In this document: positions 30,394 through 39,702 of the stretch, in pieces
Layout of the letters: each line of letters opens with the position of its first letter
Position numbering within the stretch: the first letter of the stretch is position 1
Made by a program: the position numbers and the translations under genes
Source of the DNA: a virus
Lineage: Duplodnaviria; Caudoviricetes
DNA length: 61,568 nucleotides
Reading direction: 5' to 3' (one strand)
IMG/VR virus record: IMGVR_UViG_3300030107_002736
Coordinates: 1 to 61,568 of that record
Notes under the pieces: model-generated
Database searches by the model: none
What the model was told of the DNA's origin: nothing
The model's input: the letters and a program-made list of their open reading frames with translations, nothing else

Positions 30394-31210
30394 TAGACTT
30401 CTCCTCTGCTTGCCATTGTGAACAAAACTGTGATACATCACACCAAGACTCACACCTTATGTAACGACCTGGAATATCTCTGACATAGTAGCGTCCCGTT
30501 TTCTGCTTATTAATAAACGCCGTTGCGTCCCCCAAGGTGTCAAAGGTCTTGAGCTTTCCTCTTTCGTTTTCCACACCGTAGGTTCCCCGCGACCATCGCT
30601 CTTCCTTGGTGCAGGGTAGTGTGGCCTCCTTGGTGTGCACCTCAACTCTTTGGCGCACAAACCTGTCCCTTCTTTCCGAATGCCAAAGCGGAACGGAAAT
30701 CGGAACAATCATGGATTCTGGATAATTATTTTTACCGGCCCTGGACTGCATCCAGTCTCGGCAAATCGCAACGATAGTTAAGCTCTTCGCTTCCCTTCCG
30801 TTCTGCTCCAGAAGCCATGCGTACATGTTGAGTTGGGCTTCCCAGTCAGGCTTAAGCGCCTTCTGCACCGTGTAGACTGACGTAACCTTGTAGTCTGTAA
30901 GGTGCCCATCTTTATCTAGGTCAATCGCCCCCGATATGGTGACGCCCTCGCACTCACCAAAAAGCCTCTGCTCAACAATACCATCTCCGTACTTTTCCAA
31001 GGTGTTGTGTACACTCGTACCTAAAAGCATCCACACCCTGTCGCGAACATCAGCAGACAGTTTGTCCTCATGCTCGGCACGAAGCCTTGCGATCTGAGGT
31101 GGCTGAAGAAGCCCTGTCACACTGAAGTCTGCATCCCCCTTGGAGTACGAATCATCCTCCATGGCCCTGACAAATGCGTCAGGTGCCCCGTACTGATTGG
31201 TTAATGTCAC
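30386..31210 (-). CDS. PD-(D/E)XK exonuclease (Cas4-like)
   Basis: GTSVH, ISGAID, DYK and QLNMY motifs, C-terminal RCESWC...C; GTG start at 31210. Confidence 0.8.
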   Translation of the reverse strand: MTLTNQYGAPDAFVRAMEDDSYSKGDADFSVTGLLQPPQIARLRAEHEDKLSADVRDRVWMLLGTSVHNTLEKYGDGIVEQRLFGECEGVTISGAIDLDKDGHLTDYKVTSVYTVQKALKPDWEAQLNMYAWLLEQNGREAKSLTIVAICRDWMQSRAGKNNYPESMIVPISVPLWHSERRDRFVRQRVEVHTKEATLPCTKEERWSRGTYGVENERGKLKTFDTLGDATAFINKQKTGRYYVRDIPGRYIRCESWCDVSQFCSQWQAEEKSNG

Positions 31211-31446
31211 TCTGTTCTCCACACACCAAAGGTGTCGTTGTCTATTCTGCGACATGCGAAAACCCTACCCCACTTACTGCCGTAGCGGTGGCATGCCGAT
31301 CTCAACGCTGACTCATTCCTTCCGTCGTCAGGCCAGATGAATGACTGCCCCACCTCAAGCTCCTCCAGACTCTTAGCAACTCGTACAGAACGAGAGCTTT
31401 GTGCCGGAGGTAGTGGTACGTCGTCTCTTATTTCTCCGTACTTCAT
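31207..31446 (-). CDS. Small DNA-binding-like protein (paralogue 1)
   Basis: LEVGQSF...LRSA...FACR...GVWR. Confidence 0.65.
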   Translation of the reverse strand: MKYGEIRDDVPLPPAQSSRSVRVAKSLEELEVGQSFIWPDDGRNESALRSACHRYGSKWGRVFACRRIDNDTFGVWRTE

Positions 31447-31703
31447 TGAACCCTCCAGATTCCAATGCCGTAGTCAGTCACCCTGACACTAAATTTCTTG
31501 CCAAGTTTTTTTGATGTTCTCCAAGCGTAGCTTCTCACGGCGGCAATCCTTTCTGCCGCTTCGGATGGACCCATCGGAAGCTCAATAAGGCCATCAACCC
31601 CTATCGTTTCTAGGGGCAGGTCACCCCACTTCTTCTTCCGTCCAGGGTTCGGGGGCGGAGGCCCCACGTTCTCGTAAACCCTGAACCTTCTCTCTTCAGA
31701 CAT
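31443..31703 (-). CDS. Small DNA-binding-like protein (paralogue 2)
   Basis: LPLETIGV...VRSY...FSVR...GIWR, similar to its neighbour. Confidence 0.65.
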   Translation of the reverse strand: MSEERRFRVYENVGPPPPNPGRKKKWGDLPLETIGVDGLIELPMGPSEAAERIAAVRSYAWRTSKKLGKKFSVRVTDYGIGIWRVQ

Positions 31704-31923
31704 CTGCGTTTTCGTAGAAGTCTTCCAACTCTATTTGCAATTCGTCATCGCCTTCACTGCGAAGGCTCTCGTCAACTGCTGAGGCGTTCACCGCTCGCTT
31801 GACCGTGTAAATAGCCTTTATGGCTATCTCTGCTTCCTTGTGGGTCAGGGCGATGAACGGACCCTGGTCCTGCAACCGCCGGACATCGTTAAGGTTCATT
31901 GATTCGTAAACTTTTACAGCCAC
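31696..31923 (-). CDS. Hypothetical protein
   Basis: GTG start with an AGGAGG RBS. Confidence 0.6.
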   Translation of the reverse strand: MAVKVYESMNLNDVRRLQDQGPFIALTHKEAEIAIKAIYTVKRAVNASAVDESLRSEGDDELQIELEDFYENADV

Positions 31924-31943
31924 AACTACCTCCTTTTGTTAAG

Positions 31944-31972
31944 TTGCCAAACGGAGTGAACACGGTTATCGT
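31944..31972 (+). promoter_or_regulatory. Putative sigma70 promoter for rusA / primase-helicase
   Basis: TTGCCA-17 nt-TATCGT. Confidence 0.45.
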
Positions 31973-31993
31973 GGTATCCGTTAAGCGAGGGAA

Positions 31994-32022
31994 ATGATAC
32001 TTGAACGTGATATGAAACGCAA
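31994..32022 (-). promoter_or_regulatory. Putative sigma70 promoter for the recombination operon
   Basis: On the - strand, TTGCGT-17 nt-TATCAT; faces the + promoter. Confidence 0.5.
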
Positions 32023-32464
32023 GCCCATCGACAAAGATCCGTGCTGTGTTACGATAGTAGGTGAACCGGCATCAAAAGCCAACTCACGAAGGCTCGTAAC
32101 AGTCAAGGGCAGGGCAATGTTTATCAAGTCAAAGAAGGCCTTGAACTACAAGAGGGCCTTCGAGTTACAGTGTCCTGTTCGTGAACCGCTTTACGAAAAG
32201 GGTCAGGATCTGGTAGTGGCTATGAAAATCTACTACAAAACCAGAAGACCAGACCTAGATGAATCACTAATCCTTGATTTACTAGAAGGATTTGTCTATG
32301 AAAACGATAGACAAGTAAAGCTAAAGTATATCTCTTGGGGATTAGATAAGGTTAACCCTAGAACAGAGATAGTAATATCTACTATAGATAATAAAGAGTT
32401 AGTTATTAATACTTTGTTAGAGATAGTAGAAAAGGAAACTGGAGAGGATGCAGGTATCGAATGA
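31994..32464 (+). CDS. rusA: RusA-like Holliday junction resolvase
   Basis: GEPASKANSRR, RRPDLD, ILDLL and YENDRQV...NPR motifs. Confidence 0.8.
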   Translation: MILERDMKRKPIDKDPCCVTIVGEPASKANSRRLVTVKGRAMFIKSKKALNYKRAFELQCPVREPLYEKGQDLVVAMKIYYKTRRPDLDESLILDLLEGFVYENDRQVKLKYISWGLDKVNPRTEIVISTIDNKELVINTLLEIVEKETGEDAGIE

Positions 32465-34202
32465 GATAAAGCGTTTAGGCTCCGGCCTCAGGGTCGGTCA
32501 GCACAAACGAGCATGTCCTGAGTGTCAGGGCACAAGAACAAAGAACAGAAAAGACAAGCCACTTTCGATCAAGGTGGACACGGAGGGAGTGCAGTACATG
32601 TGCCACCATTGTGGTACAGAGGGAGGGTGGATGCACAACAATTCAACCATAGGTGTTACGGATTACAGAAGGGAGCCAAAGATGCAGTCGAAGCCAATTG
32701 TTATTGAGAAGAAGACAGTGAATGAGGTGGCACTAGCATACCTCAGAGACAGGAAGATTTCGGACGAAGTAATTGAGAAGCACACAGTGTGCTCTGAGTA
32801 CAGGTTCAACGGCACGGTCACCCCTGCGGTTGGATTCCTGTACACCAAGGGCGACACAATTGAAGCCGCAAAGTGGAGGAGCGCGGACGGCAAGAAGCAC
32901 TTCTCACAAGAAAATGTATGCACAGATTTCTTTAATTTAGATAGCTACGTTGACGGCAACGACATCCTCATCTGTGAGGGTGAGATGGATGCGCTGGCGT
33001 GGATGAGTTGCGACCTTCCTGAGAACCTTACCGTACTGTCCATACCCAACGGGGCACCGGCAGGGGTTAAGGACGGGAAGATTGACCCCAAGGATGACAA
33101 GAAGTTCGGGTACATCTGGAGGGCAGAGAGGCAGTTGGCTACGGCTGGCAGGGTCCTGCTCAATACAGATAACGATGGGCCTGGCACCGCACTACAGAAG
33201 GAGATCATTCGCCGTATCGGTGGCTCAAAGGCTTGGGTTATCTCCTTAGGTGAGTACAAGGATGCCGCTGAGGCTATAGCTGACAAGGGCACCACCTTCC
33301 TAGAGAACGCCTTAGACAACGCCACGGTCCTGCCGATCATTGGTGTCCACACGGTGAACGACATCTTTGATTCGGTCGTGAACCTGTACGAGCAGGGCCA
33401 AGTGAAGGGTGCATCCACGGGCTTAACCTCCTTGGATGAGTACATGCAGGTGCCCGCCGGTATGCTTACGATAGTGACGGGCTTTCCTGCATCCGGTAAG
33501 TCGGATCTGATTGACCAGATCTGCGTTAACCTGGCCAAGAGTCATAACTGGAAAACAGTTTTCTGTAGCTTTGAGAAGCCAGCCAACTACCACTATGCAC
33601 AGCTCGCACAGAAGGTGGTTGACCGCCCGTTCTTTACGGACAAGAGCGTCAACCGCATGACCCAAGAAGAGATGGAATTCGCTAGACAGGTCATGGAGGA
33701 CTCCTTCGTGTTCATGGACAGCCGTGGTGGTGGAGCTATGGACATCGACAGCATACTCAGCAAGGCCTCTGAGTGCGTTCTGCGGTACGGCAGTCGCATA
33801 CTGGTTATCGACCCCTATAACTACATCGACATGGGTGGAGGGCGTGAGACAGATGCCATCAGCCAGATGCTCACGAAGATTCAGCAGTGGGCTAAGAATC
33901 ATGATGCACATGTGTTCTTCATTGCGCACCCTGCCAAGCTCTCCAGTGAGCGCAGGAGTGGGAAGAAGGTTGTCGTTACTGGGTTGGACATAAGCGGATC
34001 TCACACATGGTTCAGTAAGGCAGACATAGGACTCACGGTATGGAGGCACCCCAAGGACGAAGAGCCACCTGAGGCTCACGTTTGGAAGGCCCGTTGGAAC
34101 TGGGTGGGCAAGAACGGATCATGCCCATTGCACTACGATGTGAACAGCGGTCGGTGGCATGACTTCAGCCCCGCCTTTGATGATTACGACTGGGAGTTCT
34201 GA
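32448..34202 (+). CDS. Primase-helicase (T7 gp4 / Twinkle-like)
   Basis: Zn finger CPEC...CHHC, TOPRIM EGEMD and DND, Walker A GFPASGKS, SF4 motifs VIDPYN and AHPAK. Confidence 0.9.
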   Translation: MQVSNEIKRLGSGLRVGQHKRACPECQGTRTKNRKDKPLSIKVDTEGVQYMCHHCGTEGGWMHNNSTIGVTDYRREPKMQSKPIVIEKKTVNEVALAYLRDRKISDEVIEKHTVCSEYRFNGTVTPAVGFLYTKGDTIEAAKWRSADGKKHFSQENVCTDFFNLDSYVDGNDILICEGEMDALAWMSCDLPENLTVLSIPNGAPAGVKDGKIDPKDDKKFGYIWRAERQLATAGRVLLNTDNDGPGTALQKEIIRRIGGSKAWVISLGEYKDAAEAIADKGTTFLENALDNATVLPIIGVHTVNDIFDSVVNLYEQGQVKGASTGLTSLDEYMQVPAGMLTIVTGFPASGKSDLIDQICVNLAKSHNWKTVFCSFEKPANYHYAQLAQKVVDRPFFTDKSVNRMTQEEMEFARQVMEDSFVFMDSRGGGAMDIDSILSKASECVLRYGSRILVIDPYNYIDMGGGRETDAISQMLTKIQQWAKNHDAHVFFIAHPAKLSSERRSGKKVVVTGLDISGSHTWFSKADIGLTVWRHPKDEEPPEAHVWKARWNWVGKNGSCPLHYDVNSGRWHDFSPAFDDYDWEF

Positions 34203-34293
34203 CAAGGTGTCAGGTGTCAGAGCTGCAGATACTCAAAACCAGAAATATTTTTATCTGAGTGCAGCAGGGGGTCGCCAGTAGTTCTGACCCCTC

Positions 34294-34348
34294 CCCCGTC
34301 TCTAGGTTTTTCTCGCGAAAGTCGTACCTAGGGGCGGGGTTTCTGTTT
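34294..34348 (+). terminator. Intrinsic terminator-like hairpin at the convergence point
   Basis: CCCCGTCTCTAGGT / ACCTAGGGGCGGGG 14-bp stem followed by TTTCTGTTT. Confidence 0.6.
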
Positions 34349-34352
34349 AGAG

Positions 34353-34643
34353 CTACTCCCCATAGAGAAAGTCTATCCAGCTACTAGTTGTGATGAACGC
34401 GGGCGTACCATCACCCGCCCATGCACCTAGTTGGTTGTAGTCAAAGTATTCAAAGGCCTCGTCTCTGGTAGAGCCATTGTCTATGAGCTTCTGGATAACC
34501 TTCTCCTTGTCATAAACGACAATCCTTGGGAGGCCAAACCTCTCCAAGACTCCCGCAATACAGTCGTCGTAGCCATCCATCGTAAGTGCTACGCTGTCGT
34601 CGCCAAGGTGCATCTGCACCCTCTCCATGTGATTAGACATCAC
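34353..34643 (-). CDS. Conserved-type phage hypothetical protein
   Basis: DGYDDCIAG...EAFEYFDYNQLGAWAGDGTP. Confidence 0.7.
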   Translation of the reverse strand: MMSNHMERVQMHLGDDSVALTMDGYDDCIAGVLERFGLPRIVVYDKEKVIQKLIDNGSTRDEAFEYFDYNQLGAWAGDGTPAFITTSSWIDFLYGE

Positions 34644-34851
34644 TCCCCCTCCTGCTGAATAGTTAAAAAGATGTACAGCACTAAAAGAAAAACACCGAAT
34701 ACAATTTCCATTTGTTACCTCACGATAGAGCCGAGAAACAAAGAGAGCACTACAAGGTCAAGGATAAAGTCCAATGACTGAATAACTAATACGAGTACAG
34801 CGGCAACGCACAGCCAACCCAGCAGCGACTCAAGAATATTTTTATTCATCT

Positions 34852-35481
34852 TCAGGACTTTGTTTTGTTTTGTGTATACCCAGCCATTAAAGATCTGTAA
34901 CTAAAGTTCTTGCCAAGGGCTTCTTCGATTCCAATCTGCTCTGTTTCAAACCCCAACACCCCACCCTCAGGGTGCCTGTAATAGCACACAGCACTGACGG
35001 TAGCCTGACCATAGACAAACCGGCGGCCAAGCTCAGTCAGCCTCCACATCCCCGAAGAACGCTTGTCCTGCAAAGGGTCCTTGGACATACGCTCAATGAG
35101 CCCCCAGTACCGAAGCTTTGCGTAGTCTCCACCGCCATTGATTGCGCCAGAAGATGGAACGTGATGGTATCTGCGTAGGGACTCACTCTTGGATACATAA
35201 GACGGAAGATTGCTTTTCTTTGTGTCCATGTAGGCAAGCCAACAAAGAACCCTAGCGTATGATCCCATCTTGTAGGCGTACACCTTACTCCTGCCCCCAC
35301 ACAAGGTGCACTTTGAGATAGGTTGCCTAGAGAGTTCTCTAAGCTCGTCCAAAGGGGTGGAAAAGCTGTCGGGGTACTGAAACGCCTCGGGGTCATTGAC
35401 GGGTTCTCTCGCTTCGTCGAACAGCGATGTCTGTCTCTCGTCACGCATTGCGTCCTCTAACCAATCGTTCAACTGAGCCAT
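34852..35481 (-). CDS. Hypothetical protein (CxxC plus a winged-helix-like segment)
   Basis: 209 aa with CTLC, KLRYWGLIE and GMWRLTELG; GAGGAG RBS. Confidence 0.65.
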   Translation of the reverse strand: MAQLNDWLEDAMRDERQTSLFDEAREPVNDPEAFQYPDSFSTPLDELRELSRQPISKCTLCGGRSKVYAYKMGSYARVLCWLAYMDTKKSNLPSYVSKSESLRRYHHVPSSGAINGGGDYAKLRYWGLIERMSKDPLQDKRSSGMWRLTELGRRFVYGQATVSAVCYYRHPEGGVLGFETEQIGIEEALGKNFSYRSLMAGYTQNKTKS

Positions 35482-35571
35482 GTTTACTCGCTCCTCTCTT
35501 AGAAATTTTAATTTAAATAACTTAAACCCAGAAAAATATTTTCATATTACCCAGTTTCTAGTACACCTTTA

Positions 35572-35600
35572 TTGACTATCCTTACATTAGTTCATATCAT
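35572..35600 (+). promoter_or_regulatory. Strong sigma70-type promoter antisense to the early operon
   Basis: TTGACT-17 nt-TATCAT with AT-rich upstream sequence and no + strand ORF downstream. Confidence 0.7.
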
Positions 35601-35605
35601 TCATG

Positions 35606-35686
35606 GCATACTACGATCCTCCTCTCTCGTAGTGGTTAACAAAAAAGGTGATGCACCCTCCTCCTGTGCGTCCCACCCCTTGGTTA
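35606..35686 (+). ncRNA. Putative small RNA with two hairpins exposing anti-Shine-Dalgarno loops
   Basis: TACTACGA[TCCTCCTCTC]TCGTAGTG and GATGCAC[CCTCCTCCT]GTGCGTC, with G-U pairs on the + strand, directly after the promoter. Confidence 0.6.
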
Positions 35687-35687
35687 G

Positions 35688-36311
35688 TCAGTCAGGCTCC
35701 GGCTCACTACCCAAGGGGTTTTTTGTTTGACCGAACAACTCCATCACATCTAGCCACTCGTCTGCGGGGACGGGCTCGTAAGAGGGGCCTTCAGAGTTGA
35801 ACCTCGCGATTGTAGGCACACGCTTGGCAAACTCCGTCTCCGCTCTTGTTAGCATCACCCTGTACCCATGCCCAACGACAAAGCAGGCTCCCCCTTCATT
35901 AACCACTTGGTCGGCAACCTTGCTCAGGTGCCTAGATTCTTTCCAGTCTGGCTTGGATTCCGTGTCGGTGTAAATAACTAAACCATTACCCAGGCCGTCG
36001 TTATGATTCTCTATCACAGCTACGCCACCCGCCCTGTCAGGCCTGTCGTCTAATGTGCCCTTGCCGTCCAGCCACATACAGGCAAAGAGTTGACACTCGG
36101 CAGGGTGCTCGCCGTAGATGCCACACCCCTCGCTTGTTAGGTGCTCGCACTGTACTCCGGCAGGTTTGTCCAGCTCGCGAATGTACATGGCGGTGCAACA
36201 CTCCGTGCAAGGCCCACACTTACGAAGCCTGCCCTGTGGCAATTTGGGATTGATCACAAGGCCTTTCCTGTTCCTGACCCAACCCTTCCTCTCCTTCCGC
36301 ATCCTTTTCAT
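35688..36311 (-). CDS. YkgJ-like CxxCxxCC cysteine-cluster protein
   Basis: CGPCTECC...CEHL...GCGIY..HP.EC.LF.C.W motif. Confidence 0.75.
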   Translation of the reverse strand: MKRMRKERKGWVRNRKGLVINPKLPQGRLRKCGPCTECCTAMYIRELDKPAGVQCEHLTSEGCGIYGEHPAECQLFACMWLDGKGTLDDRPDRAGGVAVIENHNDGLGNGLVIYTDTESKPDWKESRHLSKVADQVVNEGGACFVVGHGYRVMLTRAETEFAKRVPTIARFNSEGPSYEPVPADEWLDVMELFGQTKNPLGSEPEPD

Positions 36312-36322
36312 ACTCGCTCCTC

Positions 36323-36715
36323 CTAGTTGATACCGCCCTCACCAAAAGAACTTTCCAGTTCATAGCTTTGTGTCTCCTCGTGAAGCTCAGCCATTGCCTC
36401 CTCTAGTTGTTCATCCTCTTGAAACAACTCAACCATCTTGGGCATCACACTGTAGAAATTGTTGAGAAACGGCATCAGTGTGGCACCGACGTGCTCAATA
36501 AACCTTTCCAAGTTCTCTTCGGACTCCATGTCCGCATCCTCGCCGCCCATCTTATCACTGAAGTCGTTCATCTCTTCGTTTAGTTGTGCCCCAAGGTTAA
36601 AGATGTCAGCCATGAGGTTATACATCTTTGTGCTGTGAACAACCTTCTTAGTATGAAGCTCCAACGCCCGCTTACTCATATCTCTTTCGCGCTTGTGTCG
36701 CCGCCTCTGGTTCAT
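36323..36715 (-). CDS. Hypothetical helical acidic protein
   Basis: AGGAGG RBS; 130 aa. Confidence 0.65.
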   Translation of the reverse strand: MNQRRRHKRERDMSKRALELHTKKVVHSTKMYNLMADIFNLGAQLNEEMNDFSDKMGGEDADMESEENLERFIEHVGATLMPFLNNFYSVMPKMVELFQEDEQLEEAMAELHEETQSYELESSFGEGGIN

Positions 36716-36723
36716 GCGTCCTC

Positions 36724-37074
36724 CTAGTAGTGAGTGTTGCTAAAGAACTTCTTGATTAATCCCAGGAACCAAGAAAAAATATTTATCATACGCCTGGAGC
36801 TGTCGGCAATTGCCGTAACGAAACGACGATTGCCAGATCTCTTCCAGCTAAACGCCTCAATGCTCTGGCATTTAGCTCGGGACATTGGACCGTTGCAGAT
36901 CTCAGGAGAATCCCAACAGTCAAAGGTCATACTGCAACCCCTGTTCTTGCAGGCGTAGAGTTCCATGTACCCTGCCTTGCACACTAGCACGGGGTCGTGG
37001 CCTTTCTTGACGGCACTCCTTATGGACCGGCGAACAAGACGCTTGGCACTCTTGGTCCTGACTCCTTCGTTCAT
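36724..37074 (-). CDS. Hypothetical Cys-rich protein
   Basis: ATGA-coupled ORF; 116 aa. Confidence 0.55.
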   Translation of the reverse strand: MNEGVRTKSAKRLVRRSIRSAVKKGHDPVLVCKAGYMELYACKNRGCSMTFDCWDSPEICNGPMSRAKCQSIEAFSWKRSGNRRFVTAIADSSRRMINIFSWFLGLIKKFFSNTHY

Positions 37075-37298
37075 TCTGAATCCTTGTATTGAAGATGTTC
37101 TAGGGGATCTACGAGCGCGTCCCAGTCTGGTGCAAACCCTAGCCCTTTGTCACCGAACAGGCCAGAGAAGGCCATCTCCATCCGCGTGGGCATAACGTGT
37201 ACCGTGTTGCAGGACTCGCAACATCTACCCTTGCGAACAGGTGCCGCATTGTGGTCAGCCCCAAAGATTCCTCCGTCACAAATTGCACACTTAGCCAT
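37071..37298 (-). CDS. Small zinc-finger protein
   Basis: CAIC...HNAAPV..GRCCESCN..V.P.R. Confidence 0.7.
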   Translation of the reverse strand: MAKCAICDGGIFGADHNAAPVRKGRCCESCNTVHVMPTRMEMAFSGLFGDKGLGFAPDWDALVDPLEHLQYKDSE

Positions 37299-37443
37299 CG
37301 TTATTCTCCTCAGGCTGAAGTGCCCAGTTAAGTAATTCGTGAATTCTATCTAGGTATTCCTCTAGTTTGTCAACGCGAGCCATGATCTTCTCCACTTGCG
37401 CCAACACATCCTCTTTGTCAGACATAATTATTTCTCCTTGGGT

Positions 37444-38670
37444 TTAGATTTTGATTACGGTGCCGAACACCTTGGTTTGTCCTGCGTAATTGTAAGTCGG
37501 TGTCTCGAATGTGGTTGCCCATAGCACGGGGTACGGGGGACGCTTGCAAGTAACCGAACCCATCCCGTCAGTAAAGTAGACAAGGGCGGCAACATCACTC
37601 TCCCTTCGGTTCTCCTTGAGCCAAGTAAAGATCGGAGTGAACGATGTTCCTCCACCACCAAAGATGTCCAACTCCATGCACTCTGCACCCTGACCGTTCC
37701 TGAGGTTGTACTCCCACCACGGCGTATCTGTGTTGGGATTTATATGGATGCGCCTATCCACATAAGCAACCATAATCTTACTTAGCCTGAGTCGCTTGGC
37801 CGTGGCGACCAGTGTCTCACGGGCCTTGTCGAAATCATCCAGTCCCATAGATGCAGATGAATCAATCACGCAGTACAAAGTCTGGGGTCGCCTCTCCGGG
37901 GTCGGTATAAATATATCTTTGGATAGCCATCTTTTGTTGGGTCGCTTGAAGCTACGGTAACTCTTGACGCTCTTGGCTAACCACCTCTTCAGTATGCTGA
38001 GTGCTCGGGCGTCTGCGTAGTTGCTGTCCTTGACCTTGGTGCTCATGCTTGCGTCACCCAGCCCCATCGCTCTCTCTTGAAGCGCGGCCTCCTCGACGCG
38101 CTCCATGATCTCTTGCTCTAGTTCAAGGATCTCTTCTTCAGTGCCCTCGCACTCGGGCGCGTCCATAATCCTGCCAGTACAACCCTTGGTCGGCTTACGT
38201 CGCTCACCCGGAGGCGGGGGCGGAGGTGGCTGCCACCCCTCGGCAATTAATATTTTACACACTCGCTCGGCGGACCCCTCAAACTTACTGTTCAGAACCT
38301 TGTGGTTCGGGGGCCATGTGATCCCGTTGTCGGGCAGAACAAAGTCCTTACCGTAGTTTGCGCTTTGTTTGATCCACTCATTGATGACCATATCACAGGC
38401 TATGTTCCATAGCTCTGGGTGGATGTCCCCACGCCGTGTGTGGTGCAGGTTAGATACATGAACCGCTTCGTGTATGATCACACCCGCCAGTTCAGCATCA
38501 CTTAATGGTGCGACCCACTCAGGGTTGGCGTAGATGGTTGCCCCATCGGTCGCCATCGTGCCTTCGCCTATCTCTTGGATAGGTAAGCCACCCATCATGG
38601 TGTACGCCCCAGGTGCCGCTTGAAATAACTTTGCTCTGACTTTCTTTATTCTTTGAATCGTGTCAGACAT
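37444..38670 (-). CDS. DUF2201-like metallopeptidase fused to a vWA domain
   Basis: TMATDG, HEAVH and WNIACD in the N-terminal part; IDSSASM, GGGGT and FTDG in the vWA part. Confidence 0.85.
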   Translation of the reverse strand: MSDTIQRIKKVRAKLFQAAPGAYTMMGGLPIQEIGEGTMATDGATIYANPEWVAPLSDAELAGVIIHEAVHVSNLHHTRRGDIHPELWNIACDMVINEWIKQSANYGKDFVLPDNGITWPPNHKVLNSKFEGSAERVCKILIAEGWQPPPPPPPGERRKPTKGCTGRIMDAPECEGTEEEILELEQEIMERVEEAALQERAMGLGDASMSTKVKDSNYADARALSILKRWLAKSVKSYRSFKRPNKRWLSKDIFIPTPERRPQTLYCVIDSSASMGLDDFDKARETLVATAKRLRLSKIMVAYVDRRIHINPNTDTPWWEYNLRNGQGAECMELDIFGGGGTSFTPIFTWLKENRRESDVAALVYFTDGMGSVTCKRPPYPVLWATTFETPTYNYAGQTKVFGTVIKI

Positions 38671-38679
38671 AACTCCTCC

Positions 38680-39687
38680 TTAGTTAAGCCAATCTTCTAG
38701 TGCATCTACTTGGGACTGCCGTGTTACCTCTGCGATATCTTCTAGTGTTTTCTTGACCTCCTTCCTCATGGTGTCATCCTCTCCGCTCAAGGCCTTGCGA
38801 GCATCGGCCAACGACCCACCGCCAATCGCCTCTATCTTGCTCACAAGATCCCGTGTCATGGATGCGGCTTGGGTAAGCTCTGCGTTCTCAAGAGCTTTGG
38901 TCCACTGCTCCGCTCGTTCGGCGGCACTCTGTAGTTTCTGCCAACCCTTGGTCTTGGGCAGAGAGTTTCCGGCCCGACTGTCACCCTCATTGAAGACGTA
39001 GCCATCAATGCCCTCAATGATTCCAGCCACCTCACCCATAATGGTTTCGGCAACACTATTTACTGCGTTAGATATTTTTCTTTCTGCTTCCAGCTTGGCA
39101 TCAGCCTTCATCCTTTCCATTACTTGCTCAGGATGGGACACTCGGATGTCATTCTCAATCCCACTGATATCATTGAGTGGTTTAATCCACACCTTCCAAG
39201 TGTAGCATTTCCTTAGCTCATCAACTGGGATAAAGTAATCTTGGAATCTACCGTTTAGTTCCGTGAGGGCTTCCGCTCTCATCCTGTCCCACTGGCTGTA
39301 TAGCTCCGTCTCAAGCACTCGCTCCCACTCCTGACGGTAGCGAGTCATCTCAGCCTCGTACTCAGATATCTTACTGGCATCCAACAGGTAGTCAGCATTA
39401 CTGACCCGCCCACCGTAATCGTTATTGCGACTGGTGGACCAGGGCACGGTCATGCTCTTCATGTAGTTACGCGCCCGTGCCACAACCGCATTGAGCTTGC
39501 GCTGAACAGCTTGGTCCATGACCACGACTTGCCCACGCGCCTTGCTCTCCAGTATACCCGTAGCCTCGGCACCTCCCTTGGCTACGTCTTTGTCCGACTT
39601 GATCCCACCCCTCTGAGTTACCTCTAGGCTAGTGAGACAGAACGCTTTCCAGAGTTCTTTGATGTCGTTGTCTACATTGTTCTGCAT
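38680..39687 (-). CDS. Helical protein of the AAA+/vWA cluster (DUF3150-like position)
   Basis: 335 aa, helical, with TVPW; lies between the ATPase and vWA genes. Confidence 0.6.
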   Translation of the reverse strand: MQNNVDNDIKELWKAFCLTSLEVTQRGGIKSDKDVAKGGAEATGILESKARGQVVVMDQAVQRKLNAVVARARNYMKSMTVPWSTSRNNDYGGRVSNADYLLDASKISEYEAEMTRYRQEWERVLETELYSQWDRMRAEALTELNGRFQDYFIPVDELRKCYTWKVWIKPLNDISGIENDIRVSHPEQVMERMKADAKLEAERKISNAVNSVAETIMGEVAGIIEGIDGYVFNEGDSRAGNSLPKTKGWQKLQSAAERAEQWTKALENAELTQAASMTRDLVSKIEAIGGGSLADARKALSGEDDTMRKEVKKTLEDIAEVTRQSQVDALEDWLN

Positions 39688-39702
39688 TGTTCCTCCCTTG
39701 GT

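Noticed and set aside
30386-31210. Cas4 as part of a CRISPR system
   Set aside because: It sits with Sak-like and SSB-like genes in a recombination operon, and there is no array.
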